IMG/VR virus record: IMGVR_UViG_3300021057_000274
Location: 124,001-188,000 of that record
DNA: 64,000 nt
Reading direction: 5' to 3' (one strand)
Position numbers and translations under genes: made by a program. Each line of letters starts with the position of its first letter. The first letter of the stretch is position 1. Shown here piece after piece: positions 35,279 through 44,762 of the stretch. The notes below the pieces were generated by a model, which was not told the origin of the DNA, did not search any database, and saw only the letters and a list, made by a program, of their open reading frames with translations.

Positions 35279-37287
35279 TATGCGTATCTGATCCAGATGT
35301 CGCCGTCGACTCCGCCTGAGGGGCCGCTGGTGGAGACCGTCTTAGCCGAGTTGCCCCAGAGGGTCGCGTTGTTCGCGTTCGTCGCTGTCGTTGCGTTGTT
35401 CGCGTTCGTCGCCGTGGTAGCCGTCGTCGCCGTGTCAGCGTTGCCTTGTAGCGCTCCGATGAAGGTGGTCGCAGTAACGTTACGGGCCGCAAAGTCGCCG
35501 TTGTTGTCACGGAGCACGATCTTATTAGCGGTGTTGGTGGAGACCGCCTCGATCGTCGCACTGTTTTGCTGGCCGGTGATGCTGCTTGCGGTGGTGGCCG
35601 TCGTCGCGGACGTAGCCGTCGTCGCGGACGTAGCCGTCGTCGCGTTGCCTTGCAACGCCCCGATGAAAGTCGTCGCTGTGACGATGCGAGCGGCGAAGTC
35701 GCCGTTGCTGTCACGGAGCACGATCTTGTTAGCGGTATTGGTAGAAACCGCCTCGATCGTCGCGCTGTTTTGCTGATTCGTGATCGTCGACGCGGTGGTC
35801 GCCGTCGTCGCGTTGCCCGTAACGTTGCCCGTGACGTTGCCGGTCAAGTTGCCGACGACGTTGCCCGTGACGTTGCCAGTGAGAGGCCCGAGGAACACGG
35901 TCGCGGTGATCTCACGAGCTGCGAAGTCTCCGTCGGCGTCACGAAGGACGATGCGATCGCCGATGTTATTTGCGGTCGCGGTGATCGTCGCGCTGTTGGC
36001 TTGGCCGACGATGCTCACCGCTGACATCGTCTGATCTGCCCAACCCACGCGAATCGCGGCGCCGTGTGAGGATGTAAAGTTCCAACGCGACCCGTCCCAC
36101 GCGATCGAGTTGGTGTAGGTGGACCCGTGCGACGTCGTGTACAAGTTGGTCGCGTTCGTCGCGGTAGTCGCGGTAGTCGCCGTGGTAGCAGTGGTCGCGG
36201 TGGTCGCGGTGGTCGCGGTGGTAGCTGTAGTCGCGGTAGTCGCCGTGGTAGCTGAGGTGGCGTTCCCCGTGAGCGCTCCGACGAACGTGGTCGCTGTAAC
36301 CACGTTCGCTGAAAAGTCACCGTTGCTGTCTCGCAGAACGATGCGGTTTGCGGTGTTGGTCGACGTCGCGACTATCGTCGCGCTGTTCGCTTGATTGGTG
36401 ATGGTACCAGCCGTAGTTGCGGTGGTCGCGGAAGTCGCCGTGGTAGCCGTCGTCGCGGTCGTTGCGGTGGTAGCGTTAGTCGCGTTAGTGGCATTAGTTG
36501 CGTTAGTCGCATTGGTAGCATTCGTCGCAAAGTTGACCCGGGTCGGGCCGATGGGACGCCACCTCAGAGTCGTGCCGTCGTATCGTACGGTGAACGACTC
36601 GGCGGCGGCGATCGCAAAGTCCTCAGAGCCGTTGAGAGCGAAGCGGTTAGCCGCGGTCGAGTTGGTGCTCTCGTTCTTGAGCACGATCGGGAACGAGCCG
36701 ATGTTGTGGATGATCAAGACCCGCTCAGGCGTCGTCGGCACGATGCCCGTGATGTCACGGCTGGCGTCAGTCGAGACGCGCAAGATGTTAGCTGTATCGA
36801 GGCCTGTAGGGTTGTAATTGTTTTGATTACCCGTGATCTGGGCCGGCGAGATGACCTCAGGGAGCGTGAAGAGGGCGACCTGAGACTCGACGGCTACCCA
36901 GTTTCCACCGTTGTCATAGACCTTGAGAACGTCATTGACCGTGTCATACCAGAGGTCGCCAGAGTAGTGGGTTCCAGTCGGCTCGGCTCCAGCGTCGATC
37001 CTGCGATACGCGAGGTCGTTCCACGCAGCTGTGTGGTAGACGTAGAGGCGCTTGTCGCTCGACTTGAACCAGAGCTGTCCGGTGGTCGGGGCGGCTGGAG
37101 CGTTCGCCGAGGCCGAGTGCTCGAGCATCCGGATCAAATTTTCCTGGAGCTTCTCGCCCCAGTTTGCTACGCCCTTTCCTGTGAGGGTCAGTGACGTCGA
37201 CGTAGTGTCGACGGTGCGGGCGGAGAGCACAAACGGGGGCTTGAGCCCGTCGTCTGACCAATTCAGGGTATAGTTGTTGGTGACCAC
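35278..37287 (-). CDS. Tail fibre protein 1
   Basis: N-terminal module shared with fibre 2; NAT/TAT repeats; four IVLRDxxGDF modules; GTG 37287 inferred as start. Confidence 0.85.
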   Translation of the reverse strand: MVTNNYTLNWSDDGLKPPFVLSARTVDTTSTSLTLTGKGVANWGEKLQENLIRMLEHSASANAPAAPTTGQLWFKSSDKRLYVYHTAAWNDLAYRRIDAGAEPTGTHYSGDLWYDTVNDVLKVYDNGGNWVAVESQVALFTLPEVISPAQITGNQNNYNPTGLDTANILRVSTDASRDITGIVPTTPERVLIIHNIGSFPIVLKNESTNSTAANRFALNGSEDFAIAAAESFTVRYDGTTLRWRPIGPTRVNFATNATNATNATNATNATNATTATTATTATTATSATTATTAGTITNQANSATIVATSTNTANRIVLRDSNGDFSANVVTATTFVGALTGNATSATTATTATTATTATTATTATTATTATTATTATNATNLYTTSHGSTYTNSIAWDGSRWNFTSSHGAAIRVGWADQTMSAVSIVGQANSATITATANNIGDRIVLRDADGDFAAREITATVFLGPLTGNVTGNVVGNLTGNVTGNVTGNATTATTASTITNQQNSATIEAVSTNTANKIVLRDSNGDFAARIVTATTFIGALQGNATTATSATTATSATTATTASSITGQQNSATIEAVSTNTANKIVLRDNNGDFAARNVTATTFIGALQGNADTATTATTATNANNATTATNANNATLWGNSAKTVSTSGPSGGVDGDIWIRYA
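35380..36530 (-). repeat. Tandem 9-nt (TAT/NAT tripeptide) repeats and four ~45-aa module repeats in fibre 1
   Basis: Visible in translation; two modules nearly identical in DNA (~35460-35580 and ~35660-35775). Confidence 0.9.
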
Positions 37288-37291
37288 ACGG

Positions 37292-37297
37292 TATTTA
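37292..37297 (-). promoter_or_regulatory. Late promoter core TAAATA, 4 nt before GTG
   Basis: Direct reading. Confidence 0.65.
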
Positions 37298-37314
37298 TCT
37301 CCGTGAGGACTCAC

Positions 37315-38406
37315 CTACTCGATGTAGTATTTCCTCGTGAAAAAGTTAGGAGACGACTCAAGACCAGCTCTTAGGCACCTAGCGTATCCCTCTCTCAAGA
37401 TCTTGGTCCACCTAGTGATCACCTCTTCGTGTTGCTTTTTCGTGACCCAGCGATCCCAGTCTTGGAGATAACTAGTCCCCGTGAACTTTTCACATAACCC
37501 TCCGCGCACCGTCCACCCAGGATACAGCCACTCATCTAAGGAGCTGAACGAGACAGACGCGCCGTACTTTGAGCGAACGACCCACTTCGAGCTAGTGATA
37601 GACGGATCCACGAACCCAGAGTGAAATCGATCAAGATTTTCCCTTACGACGCTGCACTGCTTGATCAAGATCGGCGCCGCCTCGGGGTCCCAGTAAAACA
37701 AGACCTGATCGAAGGGGAGAGTTAGCTCGTTCCTCTTCGTGTAGAGATGGTTGTCTGAGAGGGCAAAGAAGTATCTCTTGTTAGAGGATTGAAGGATCGT
37801 CTTATCATGCCCCCAGATCACCGCAACTCTCCTGCCAGAGTCAGCGAGCTTTCGATATCTCTCGTCACAATAGAGCCAGTGGCCGCGCCTGAGCGGATGA
37901 CTAAACGTTGAGGGTGATGAGAAATAACCCTCTAGAGGATGCTTGACGTTTCGATAATAGTCGATCAGCACTTGCCGGCTATCGATCAAGGTATAGATCG
38001 TCGCTGGATGTTTAGCTTGATAAGCTTCTACGTCATGAGCAGCTGTTTCAAAGATCTCTCGGCTCAGCAGCGAGGAGCGATCATCGGTGAACCCGACGTC
38101 ATGATAGCTGACGATCTCATCGATCGGGAGATTCGCTTTGTCAAACGATCGTAAGACGTTCCAGCTGTCAGCGCCGCCAGAATAGCAGAGGATCAGATAG
38201 TCATACTTCTCTCTTAGCTGGCGTACGCGATCTTCATAGAGCGAAGTCAGAGGGAGAGGAGACGGCAGCTGCCAATTTTGGCTGAGCCAGAAGCTGTCGT
38301 TCCAGTGAAACGTAACTTGGTCTCTAAATTGCACTCGCTCAAGCGCTTCTAGCTTGTTAGAGTAGAACTTCTCGCCAGCTCGATAGAGACCGTAAGCGTC
38401 GTTCAT
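37315..38406 (-). CDS. PP-loop (adenine nucleotide alpha-hydrolase-like) protein, copy 1
   Basis: ILCYSGGADSWNV; paralog of 38403; ATG 38406 overlaps the upstream stop. Confidence 0.8.
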   Translation of the reverse strand: MNDAYGLYRAGEKFYSNKLEALERVQFRDQVTFHWNDSFWLSQNWQLPSPLPLTSLYEDRVRQLREKYDYLILCYSGGADSWNVLRSFDKANLPIDEIVSYHDVGFTDDRSSLLSREIFETAAHDVEAYQAKHPATIYTLIDSRQVLIDYYRNVKHPLEGYFSSPSTFSHPLRRGHWLYCDERYRKLADSGRRVAVIWGHDKTILQSSNKRYFFALSDNHLYTKRNELTLPFDQVLFYWDPEAAPILIKQCSVVRENLDRFHSGFVDPSITSSKWVVRSKYGASVSFSSLDEWLYPGWTVRGGLCEKFTGTSYLQDWDRWVTKKQHEEVITRWTKILREGYARCLRAGLESSPNFFTRKYYIE

Positions 38407-39491
38407 TCGATGAAATAGGGTCGTGAGGAGAAGATCGGAGATGAGACGCCAGCCTTCTTGTAATAATTGGCGGCCATCTTGACCACGGTTGCCCACTTTT
38501 GTACCAGAGGATCGCTGAGGTGATCAAGAACCCAGAAATCTTGCTCAGAGAGAAAGGGAGAACCTCCGAACCGCCCCTCTGAAAAGGTTGCTGGATTCCA
38601 CCCGTAGAGCAGAGCGTTGATCGTCGTGAACGAAACCCGATGCCCTGTCTTAGACCGCTGAAAAGCTACCTTCTTCGCTTTAAGATTGATCGGATAAGGG
38701 TCTATGAATTTACCCGGCAAGCGATCTAAGAAGCTCTTGACCTGGTGACAACTCTTGATCAAGAGAGCAGGAAGGTCCGTAGAAAAGTAAAAGAACTCAT
38801 CGGTGACGGGAAGGTGGCTCTTGGCGTAAGCTTGTGAGATGTAGTCGATGAACTGAAAGCAATAGCGTCCGTCAGTGATCTTGAGATGTACCTTGTCAAA
38901 GCCCCAGAGCAAGCATACCCTCTTTCCAGACTCTAGCAGCTTCTGGTACCTATCTACGCCGTGCATGAAACACCCGCCCCTGATCGGTGACAAGGGACTG
39001 ACGGGAGAGACGTAGTATCCAGAAAGTAACTCTTCAGCGCTCGTTCGAGCCCAAACGTCTAGCAAGAGCGGCTTGGCGTCGATCAACGTAAAGCGGCTGT
39101 TGGGAACCCGCTTCACGTAATCTAGAGCTACCGGTTCGGCTACCGTGAAGATCTCTGAGCTAGCTTTTGAGAGACGATCACCTGTAAAGCCGTAGTCATG
39201 GTAGCTGACGATCTCATCAAGAAAGATGCCTGCGTCGTCAAAAGTTTTTAAGACGTTCCAGCTGTCAGCGCCGCCAGAGTAAGCTAAAATGATGTAGTCG
39301 TACTTGCTTCGAAGCTGTTCAGCTCTAGCGCGATAGAGCTCCCTGAGAGGAACGTCTGGGGGTGCTAGCCAATCTTGCTTGGCCCAGATCTCGTCTTGAA
39401 AGTAAAACTTCGGTGCAGTCCCCCTTGCGGCGTCGATCGCTTCAAACTTGTTTCGAAAGAGCTTCTCGCCGACGAGATAACCGCTGATCAC
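38403..39491 (-). CDS. PP-loop protein, copy 2
   Basis: ILAYSGGADSWNV; LLWGFDK. Confidence 0.8.
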   Translation of the reverse strand: MISGYLVGEKLFRNKFEAIDAARGTAPKFYFQDEIWAKQDWLAPPDVPLRELYRARAEQLRSKYDYIILAYSGGADSWNVLKTFDDAGIFLDEIVSYHDYGFTGDRLSKASSEIFTVAEPVALDYVKRVPNSRFTLIDAKPLLLDVWARTSAEELLSGYYVSPVSPLSPIRGGCFMHGVDRYQKLLESGKRVCLLWGFDKVHLKITDGRYCFQFIDYISQAYAKSHLPVTDEFFYFSTDLPALLIKSCHQVKSFLDRLPGKFIDPYPINLKAKKVAFQRSKTGHRVSFTTINALLYGWNPATFSEGRFGGSPFLSEQDFWVLDHLSDPLVQKWATVVKMAANYYKKAGVSSPIFSSRPYFIE

Positions 39492-40426
39492 TCAGGTTGA
39501 ATGCCAGCGGCGGTGATCTGCTTTTGCCAAGTCGCTCTCTCCTCACTGAGGACCCGACGCGCGTGAGAGAGATCTCCGCCGCGATCAACGATTCCTAGAG
39601 CATCTAACCGGTTTGACACCGTAGCCATCATGTTGACGATCTGAGCGTCTCGATTCAACTTTCTAAGCTGATCTTCGGTCATCACCGCTGGAGCGGTGAT
39701 GACCATCCAACCTGCTCCGTGAAAGCCTGGAATGACCTCTGATAAAGCTTGCGTCGAGGGGTACTTTTCGATCCTCTTTCTAGTAGCAGCCGCGACTACC
39801 TTCATCTTTCCTGCTTCTACGTGAGCTCTCACGAACGCTTCTCCGTCGATGAACCCATCGATTCGACCAGCAACGACGTCTAGAATTCCGTTCGACGTGC
39901 TCTGCCCGGTGTAAGGGATGAAGTAGATCTCACCTCCCACGGTGCGCGCAAACGCGTTCAGCGCGATGTGTGGCAAGTTGTTCATGTTGCTGACGCCGAT
40001 CGAGAGCTTGTTCGGTTTCATTTTGATATAGCTGATCAGCTCTCTCAGGTCGTTGACAGGCACGTTCTGCCCGACCGCTACTACGTTCGTAAACCAGCCG
40101 ACGCTGAACACCGGCGTAAGCTCCGTGTCGGGGTCATAGGGAAGTTTCTTGTAAACTAACTTGTTGAGAACTAGCGAGGTCGATGACCCCAACAAGATCG
40201 TGTCGTCATCAGCTCTCGCCGCCGCAAGAGCTCCGGGAATTCCCGCCGCGCCTGGGCGATTGATGACGGCCACAGGTTTCTTGTAGAGATCACCCAGCCC
40301 TGCTGCATATACCCTCGCGATGACGTCGGTGACCGTGCCTGGAGCGCCCGGCACGATGATCTTTAGAGCTTGCGCGCTTGCAGCTTGCGTGATCACTAGG
40401 AGCAGAATTAAGAGAAGCTTGTTCAT
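39488..40426 (-). CDS. Bug/TctC tripartite tricarboxylate transporter substrate-binding protein
   Basis: Signal peptide; IIVPGAPG..DVIAR...VINRPGAAG; YDP..ELTPV; W..QITAAGIQPE. Confidence 0.9.
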   Translation of the reverse strand: MNKLLLILLLVITQAASAQALKIIVPGAPGTVTDVIARVYAAGLGDLYKKPVAVINRPGAAGIPGALAAARADDDTILLGSSTSLVLNKLVYKKLPYDPDTELTPVFSVGWFTNVVAVGQNVPVNDLRELISYIKMKPNKLSIGVSNMNNLPHIALNAFARTVGGEIYFIPYTGQSTSNGILDVVAGRIDGFIDGEAFVRAHVEAGKMKVVAAATRKRIEKYPSTQALSEVIPGFHGAGWMVITAPAVMTEDQLRKLNRDAQIVNMMATVSNRLDALGIVDRGGDLSHARRVLSEERATWQKQITAAGIQPE

Positions 40427-40776
40427 TTCAACAACCCTTCGAGGGGATCAGCCATGGGTTCGGCTTGAGGCTGCATTACTTCGACCTTAAATGACTTTCC
40501 GACCGTCTCGGCGTAATCGCTCGGGATCGTCATCTCTCTTCGAAGCTCTTCACGAGCAAGCGCTTCAACGGGACAACTAACGTTGAGGAGTTCCTTCATC
40601 TTCTCCATGGAGACGAGCTTCCCCTCATAGTCGAGCGGGATGTCATACGACCACGGCCCCACCCACCACGTCGGCTGACCGGTTTCGTCGACCGCATCGG
40701 CGTAAAAATAGCGGGCTTCTAAGCGAAGCCTGGCGACATCAACATGAGTGATCTGGTACTTGATTTCTCTGGACAC
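40423..40776 (-). CDS. Hypothetical protein, possibly a fibre assembly chaperone
   Basis: Coupled within the cassette; position downstream of fibre genes. Confidence 0.5.
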   Translation of the reverse strand: MSREIKYQITHVDVARLRLEARYFYADAVDETGQPTWWVGPWSYDIPLDYEGKLVSMEKMKELLNVSCPVEALAREELRREMTIPSDYAETVGKSFKVEVMQPQAEPMADPLEGLLK

Positions 40777-41596
40777 GATCTTGAATCCACTTAGAGAGAG
40801 GAATCGAAAATTTTCGCTGGAACAGCTTATTTTGAGGCAATCTTATCATGGACCTGTTCCAATAGATCTTTTCACGTGGGGACAAACCAAACCGTTCTTG
40901 ATAAACGTGCTTCTTGGCCTCACCGAAATTTTTATATCTAAGCCAGATCGGGTCTAAGACCCACGAGTTAAAGAGCTCCGTAGACCAAAAGAAGAAGTGC
41001 GGTGTCCCCTCGATTCCGTAGTGCATCCTGAGCTTATACTCGCTGTAGAAGATCTCATACTCAACGAGGTACCACGCACGGTCGTATTCGAACTCTGGAA
41101 TTCCACCCATGATCAAAACTTTATCTCGATTCTCTAAGATAGATTTAAAGATAGGTAAAACTGACGCCGCTCCGCACTGAAACTGATCCATGAGCTTCAA
41201 CGCCGTCGTGCTTCTTGACCAATCTTCAAAGTCATACGACTCGATCTTGTAATCTAGAGAATTCTGATCAATGAACCGTCTGGCGTAACGAAGCTCCTCC
41301 CAGTTCACGCCCTTGGTGTCATGCAGAACGACAACCTTGAACGGAACATTAAGCTGTTGAAACGCCCACACTACGGCTTCAGAGTCAAGACCCCCGCTGT
41401 AGTAGACGTAGAGCTGCTCACCGTGGTAGCGCTCAGCGAGCTCACGAGCAGCATTTAGAGTTTCGGTCTTAAGGTCTAAGAGCTTGCGACGTACCGGCAG
41501 AGCGTCGAAGGTAAAGCGATCGTCGATCTTGGTGCTGTAGGTCCAGGGGCGATCGTTGTAACCGAAGACGACAGAGCCGTCACAAAATCTTACCAC
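40739..41596 (-). CDS. PP-loop protein, copy 3 (divergent)
   Basis: VYYSGGLDSE; AT-rich. Confidence 0.75.
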   Translation of the reverse strand: MVRFCDGSVVFGYNDRPWTYSTKIDDRFTFDALPVRRKLLDLKTETLNAARELAERYHGEQLYVYYSGGLDSEAVVWAFQQLNVPFKVVVLHDTKGVNWEELRYARRFIDQNSLDYKIESYDFEDWSRSTTALKLMDQFQCGAASVLPIFKSILENRDKVLIMGGIPEFEYDRAWYLVEYEIFYSEYKLRMHYGIEGTPHFFFWSTELFNSWVLDPIWLRYKNFGEAKKHVYQERFGLSPREKIYWNRSMIRLPQNKLFQRKFSIPLSKWIQDRVQRNQVPDHSC

Positions 41597-42354
41597 GAGA
41601 GGATGACACGTCCGTTTCCGCCTGGTCCGCCAGATCCGCCATTCGAGGATCCTCCTGCACCCCCGCCACCTCCGCCGCCCGATCCGTCAGCGCCAGAGCT
41701 GCCAGGATTTCCCGGGTTTCCGCCGCCGGAGCCTCCCCCGCCGCCTCCTGCATAAAAGTTGCCGCCGCCGTCGCCGCCCTCGAACGCGCCGTCGGTGTTT
41801 CCAGCTTCACCGGCGTTGCCGTTGGGGGATCCGCCTGCTCCCCCAGCTCCAGGTAATACCGATTCCCCGCTAGGCCCAGGCGCGCCGCCTCCTGCACCTC
41901 CGGTAAACGTCAATCCTCCCAAAACGGTATTTCCACCTGCGTTGCCAGCGGTGCCTTGAGTAGTATTACCAGTGCCTGGGCCTCCAGAACCCCCTGTCCC
42001 GATCGTGATCGAGATCTGCTGCCCGGGAGTTACCGAGATGTTTCCTGAGCCAAAGCCACCCGAGCCCCCGCCGCCCGCGCCGACTCCGACCGACGGCGCA
42101 GCTGCTCCGCCGCCCCCTCCGCCCGCGCCAGACGCTGAGTACGCGATGCTATAGATTCCCGGGGGAACGGTGAAGGTATAGCCGCCTGGAGACTGATAGT
42201 TAGCGCTACCGGTGTCTGGAAATGACTGTTGCCAGGTCCCGCTCACCTTGTTCCACACCCCGGTGACCGCGCGCCACGTGCCTGAGACCTTGATGAAGAC
42301 CTCTTGGACTTGACGCCAGGTGCCGCTGACCTTGACGTAGAGCTCTCTAGGCAT
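41590..42354 (-). CDS. Glycine-rich tail fibre tip / adhesin-like protein
   Basis: Triple KVSGTW repeat; GGGGG tracts; directly after fibre 2. Confidence 0.75.
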   Translation of the reverse strand: MPRELYVKVSGTWRQVQEVFIKVSGTWRAVTGVWNKVSGTWQQSFPDTGSANYQSPGGYTFTVPPGIYSIAYSASGAGGGGGGAAAPSVGVGAGGGGSGGFGSGNISVTPGQQISITIGTGGSGGPGTGNTTQGTAGNAGGNTVLGGLTFTGGAGGGAPGPSGESVLPGAGGAGGSPNGNAGEAGNTDGAFEGGDGGGNFYAGGGGGGSGGGNPGNPGSSGADGSGGGGGGGAGGSSNGGSGGPGGNGRVILSW

Positions 42355-44759
42355 TACGCGTACCTAAACCAGACGTCATTGTCAGAGCCGCCGGACGGAC
42401 CGCCCGTCGACACGAGACGTGCTCCGCCGGCCCACCTGGTCGAGTCAGCCGCGGAGCCAGTGATGTTGATGCCGTAGGTTCCGCCGTTATTGTAGACGCC
42501 GTTCGTCACCGTTCCAGCGTTTCCGGTGACGCTGATGCTCCAGGTGCCACTGTTGATGACGACAGACGTGCCCTGGACGTTCGGCGTCGCGCCGAAGGTG
42601 GCGACGTTGTTCTCGAGGTTGATCGCGAGCGGCCAGTAGCCACCCAGCGACTGTTCCGTGATCGAGTCAGCCCCGTTGGCTCGAAGCACGTAGAACGTAC
42701 CTCCGTCAACGCGAAGCATGCCAGATCTATGCTCGGTGTCGCGCAAGAAGACCGTCGGAGCGGCGTTTCTGATGTAGAGGTTATCAACCGCGTCGGTGGC
42801 GTTTTTCATGAGGCCGCTAGCATGAATTCCGTCGACCGTGTCAGCGTCTAGCCCGGATCCAGGGCCGTCATTTCCAGCTGACCAGATCGTGCCGCCGTTC
42901 GCTGTCCAGGTGCCGTTCTCGAGGAAGCCGCCTGTGTTGTTGCCTGAGTTCGCGCGCACGACCCAGTTGCCTAGGTTGTTCTGGAGACCGAACTCCTGGC
43001 TAGTGTTACCGAAGAGAGCCCCCGCGATCGTGCCTGATCCGCCCGCCGTGACGCGCACCCTGACGCCAGCGTTGCCCGCGTAGGCGACGTTCCAGTATCC
43101 CCCGTCAGAGAACCACGTGTTCGTGGTCGCGTCGTTCTTCAATCCCTCGCCGCTCGTGGTGTTCCTGAACCAGTTGGTTGCGATCACCTCGTCGAACGTC
43201 GGCGAGGACGTCGTCTTGACCGCCTGGTTGAGGTAATCGGTGAACTGCGCGCCGTCCCAGAGGTCAGCGTCGAGACCCGAGCTAGCTCCGTCGTTACCGT
43301 CATGCCAGAGCTGGCGCCAGGACTTGAGATCGGTCCCCCAGCCTGACCTGAAGTAGGGCCCGCTCTGGTTGACGTCTCCGCTTGACGCGTGGTGTGAGAC
43401 GTAGAGCTGGAAGCGTGAGTCAGTCGACGAGAGGTTGATTAAGCCGCCCCAAGCGTAGCCGACCGGGCCGTTGTTGTCACGCTGTGAGACGCCGTTGTAG
43501 GTGCCCGGCGTTTGAATCATCGTGTCGACCGCGGTTGCGTCGGCGCCCCGATTCTTCCGCATGAACACCGTCTCATTGAGACCGTCGAGCAAGTCAGCGT
43601 CGAGACCAGAGCCAGATCCGTCGTTCGAGGAGGTCCAGATGCCAGCGGCGCTCAACACGTGCGCGAGTGAGGCCTTGCGCACCTTGTTGTCAGTGCCGTT
43701 CGTCACCATGACCTGAGAGACGGTCGGGTTCTCGTTGTTCGCCGTTTCGGCGAACACCGCGTTGACGAAGATGTCCTTGTTCGCGTCGCGCAACACGATG
43801 CGGTTAGCGGTTGCGGTCGTCGTTGCTTCGATCGTCGCGCTGTTCTGTTGGCCAGAGATCGCGTTAGCTAGGGTCGCGTTGGTGGCGTTTGTAGCCGTCG
43901 TCGCGTTACCCGCGTTCGTCGCAAACGCGGCCGTCGTCGCGTTGGTGGCGTTCGTCGCGTTGGTGGCGTTCGTCGCGTTGGTGGCGTTCGTCGCGTTGGT
44001 GGCGTCGGTCGCGAAGTTGACGCGGTTCGGGCCCCAGAGACGCCACCTTGACGAGGCTCCGTCATAGCGCAGGGTGAGGGTCTCGCTCTGAGAGATCGTC
44101 ACGTCGGCGTTCAGCGCGAACCGGTTAGCCGCCGTCGAGCTCGCGTTCTCGTTCTTGAGCACGATCGGGTTCGTGCCCACGTTGTGAATCATCACGACGC
44201 GTCCCTGCACTCCTGACGCTAGACCCGTGATGTCGCGCGACGCGTTCGTAGACAAGCGAAGAACGTTGCTAGTGCTGAAGTTCGCCGGGTTGTAGTTGTT
44301 TTGATTCGCGGTGATCTGCGGAGGGGTAAGCTCCTCAGCGATCAAGAAGAGGTCAACGGCCTTCTCGAGAGGTACCCAGGTCGTCGCGTTCGTGTAAACC
44401 TTGAGGACGTCTGAAGCGGTGTCGTACCAGAGATCGCCCGGGTAGTTCGGCCCAGTCGGCGTCGTGCCAGAGTCGATGCGGCGATTCGCTAGCTCGTTCC
44501 AGGTATCGGTGTGATAGACGTAGAGCTTCTTGTCGGTCGACTTGAACCAGAGCTGGCCGAGGGTCGCGTGAGTCGGAGAGACGTCAGACGCGAAGTGCTC
44601 CAAGAGGCGAATCAGGTTTTCCTGGTGCTTCTCTCCCCAGTTAGACACTCCCCGCCCGGTCAGCGTCAACGACGTTGACGTCGAGTCAACGGTGTTTGGT
44701 GCTAGGGTAAACGGCGCCTTGAGGACGTCGTTCTGCCAGTTCAGGGTATAGGTGGTCAC
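42354..44759 (-). CDS. Tail fibre protein 2
   Basis: Shared N-terminal module; GSGLDADLLDG-type motifs; C-terminal GGPSGG..DVWFRYA. Confidence 0.88.
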   Translation of the reverse strand: MTTYTLNWQNDVLKAPFTLAPNTVDSTSTSLTLTGRGVSNWGEKHQENLIRLLEHFASDVSPTHATLGQLWFKSTDKKLYVYHTDTWNELANRRIDSGTTPTGPNYPGDLWYDTASDVLKVYTNATTWVPLEKAVDLFLIAEELTPPQITANQNNYNPANFSTSNVLRLSTNASRDITGLASGVQGRVVMIHNVGTNPIVLKNENASSTAANRFALNADVTISQSETLTLRYDGASSRWRLWGPNRVNFATDATNATNATNATNATNATNATNATTAAFATNAGNATTATNATNATLANAISGQQNSATIEATTTATANRIVLRDANKDIFVNAVFAETANNENPTVSQVMVTNGTDNKVRKASLAHVLSAAGIWTSSNDGSGSGLDADLLDGLNETVFMRKNRGADATAVDTMIQTPGTYNGVSQRDNNGPVGYAWGGLINLSSTDSRFQLYVSHHASSGDVNQSGPYFRSGWGTDLKSWRQLWHDGNDGASSGLDADLWDGAQFTDYLNQAVKTTSSPTFDEVIATNWFRNTTSGEGLKNDATTNTWFSDGGYWNVAYAGNAGVRVRVTAGGSGTIAGALFGNTSQEFGLQNNLGNWVVRANSGNNTGGFLENGTWTANGGTIWSAGNDGPGSGLDADTVDGIHASGLMKNATDAVDNLYIRNAAPTVFLRDTEHRSGMLRVDGGTFYVLRANGADSITEQSLGGYWPLAINLENNVATFGATPNVQGTSVVINSGTWSISVTGNAGTVTNGVYNNGGTYGINITGSAADSTRWAGGARLVSTGGPSGGSDNDVWFRYA
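43941..44006 (-). repeat. Perfect 18-bp tandem repeat (about 3.6 copies)
   Basis: GTTGGTGGCGTTCGTCGC units; encodes (ATN)n. Confidence 0.9.
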
Positions 44760-44762
44760 GCT

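Noticed and set aside
35380-44010. Repeats as a CRISPR array or DGR template/variable pair
   Set aside because: The repeats are in-frame coding repeats with no unique spacers, no adenine-specific mismatch pattern was seen, and there is no reverse transcriptase in the window.
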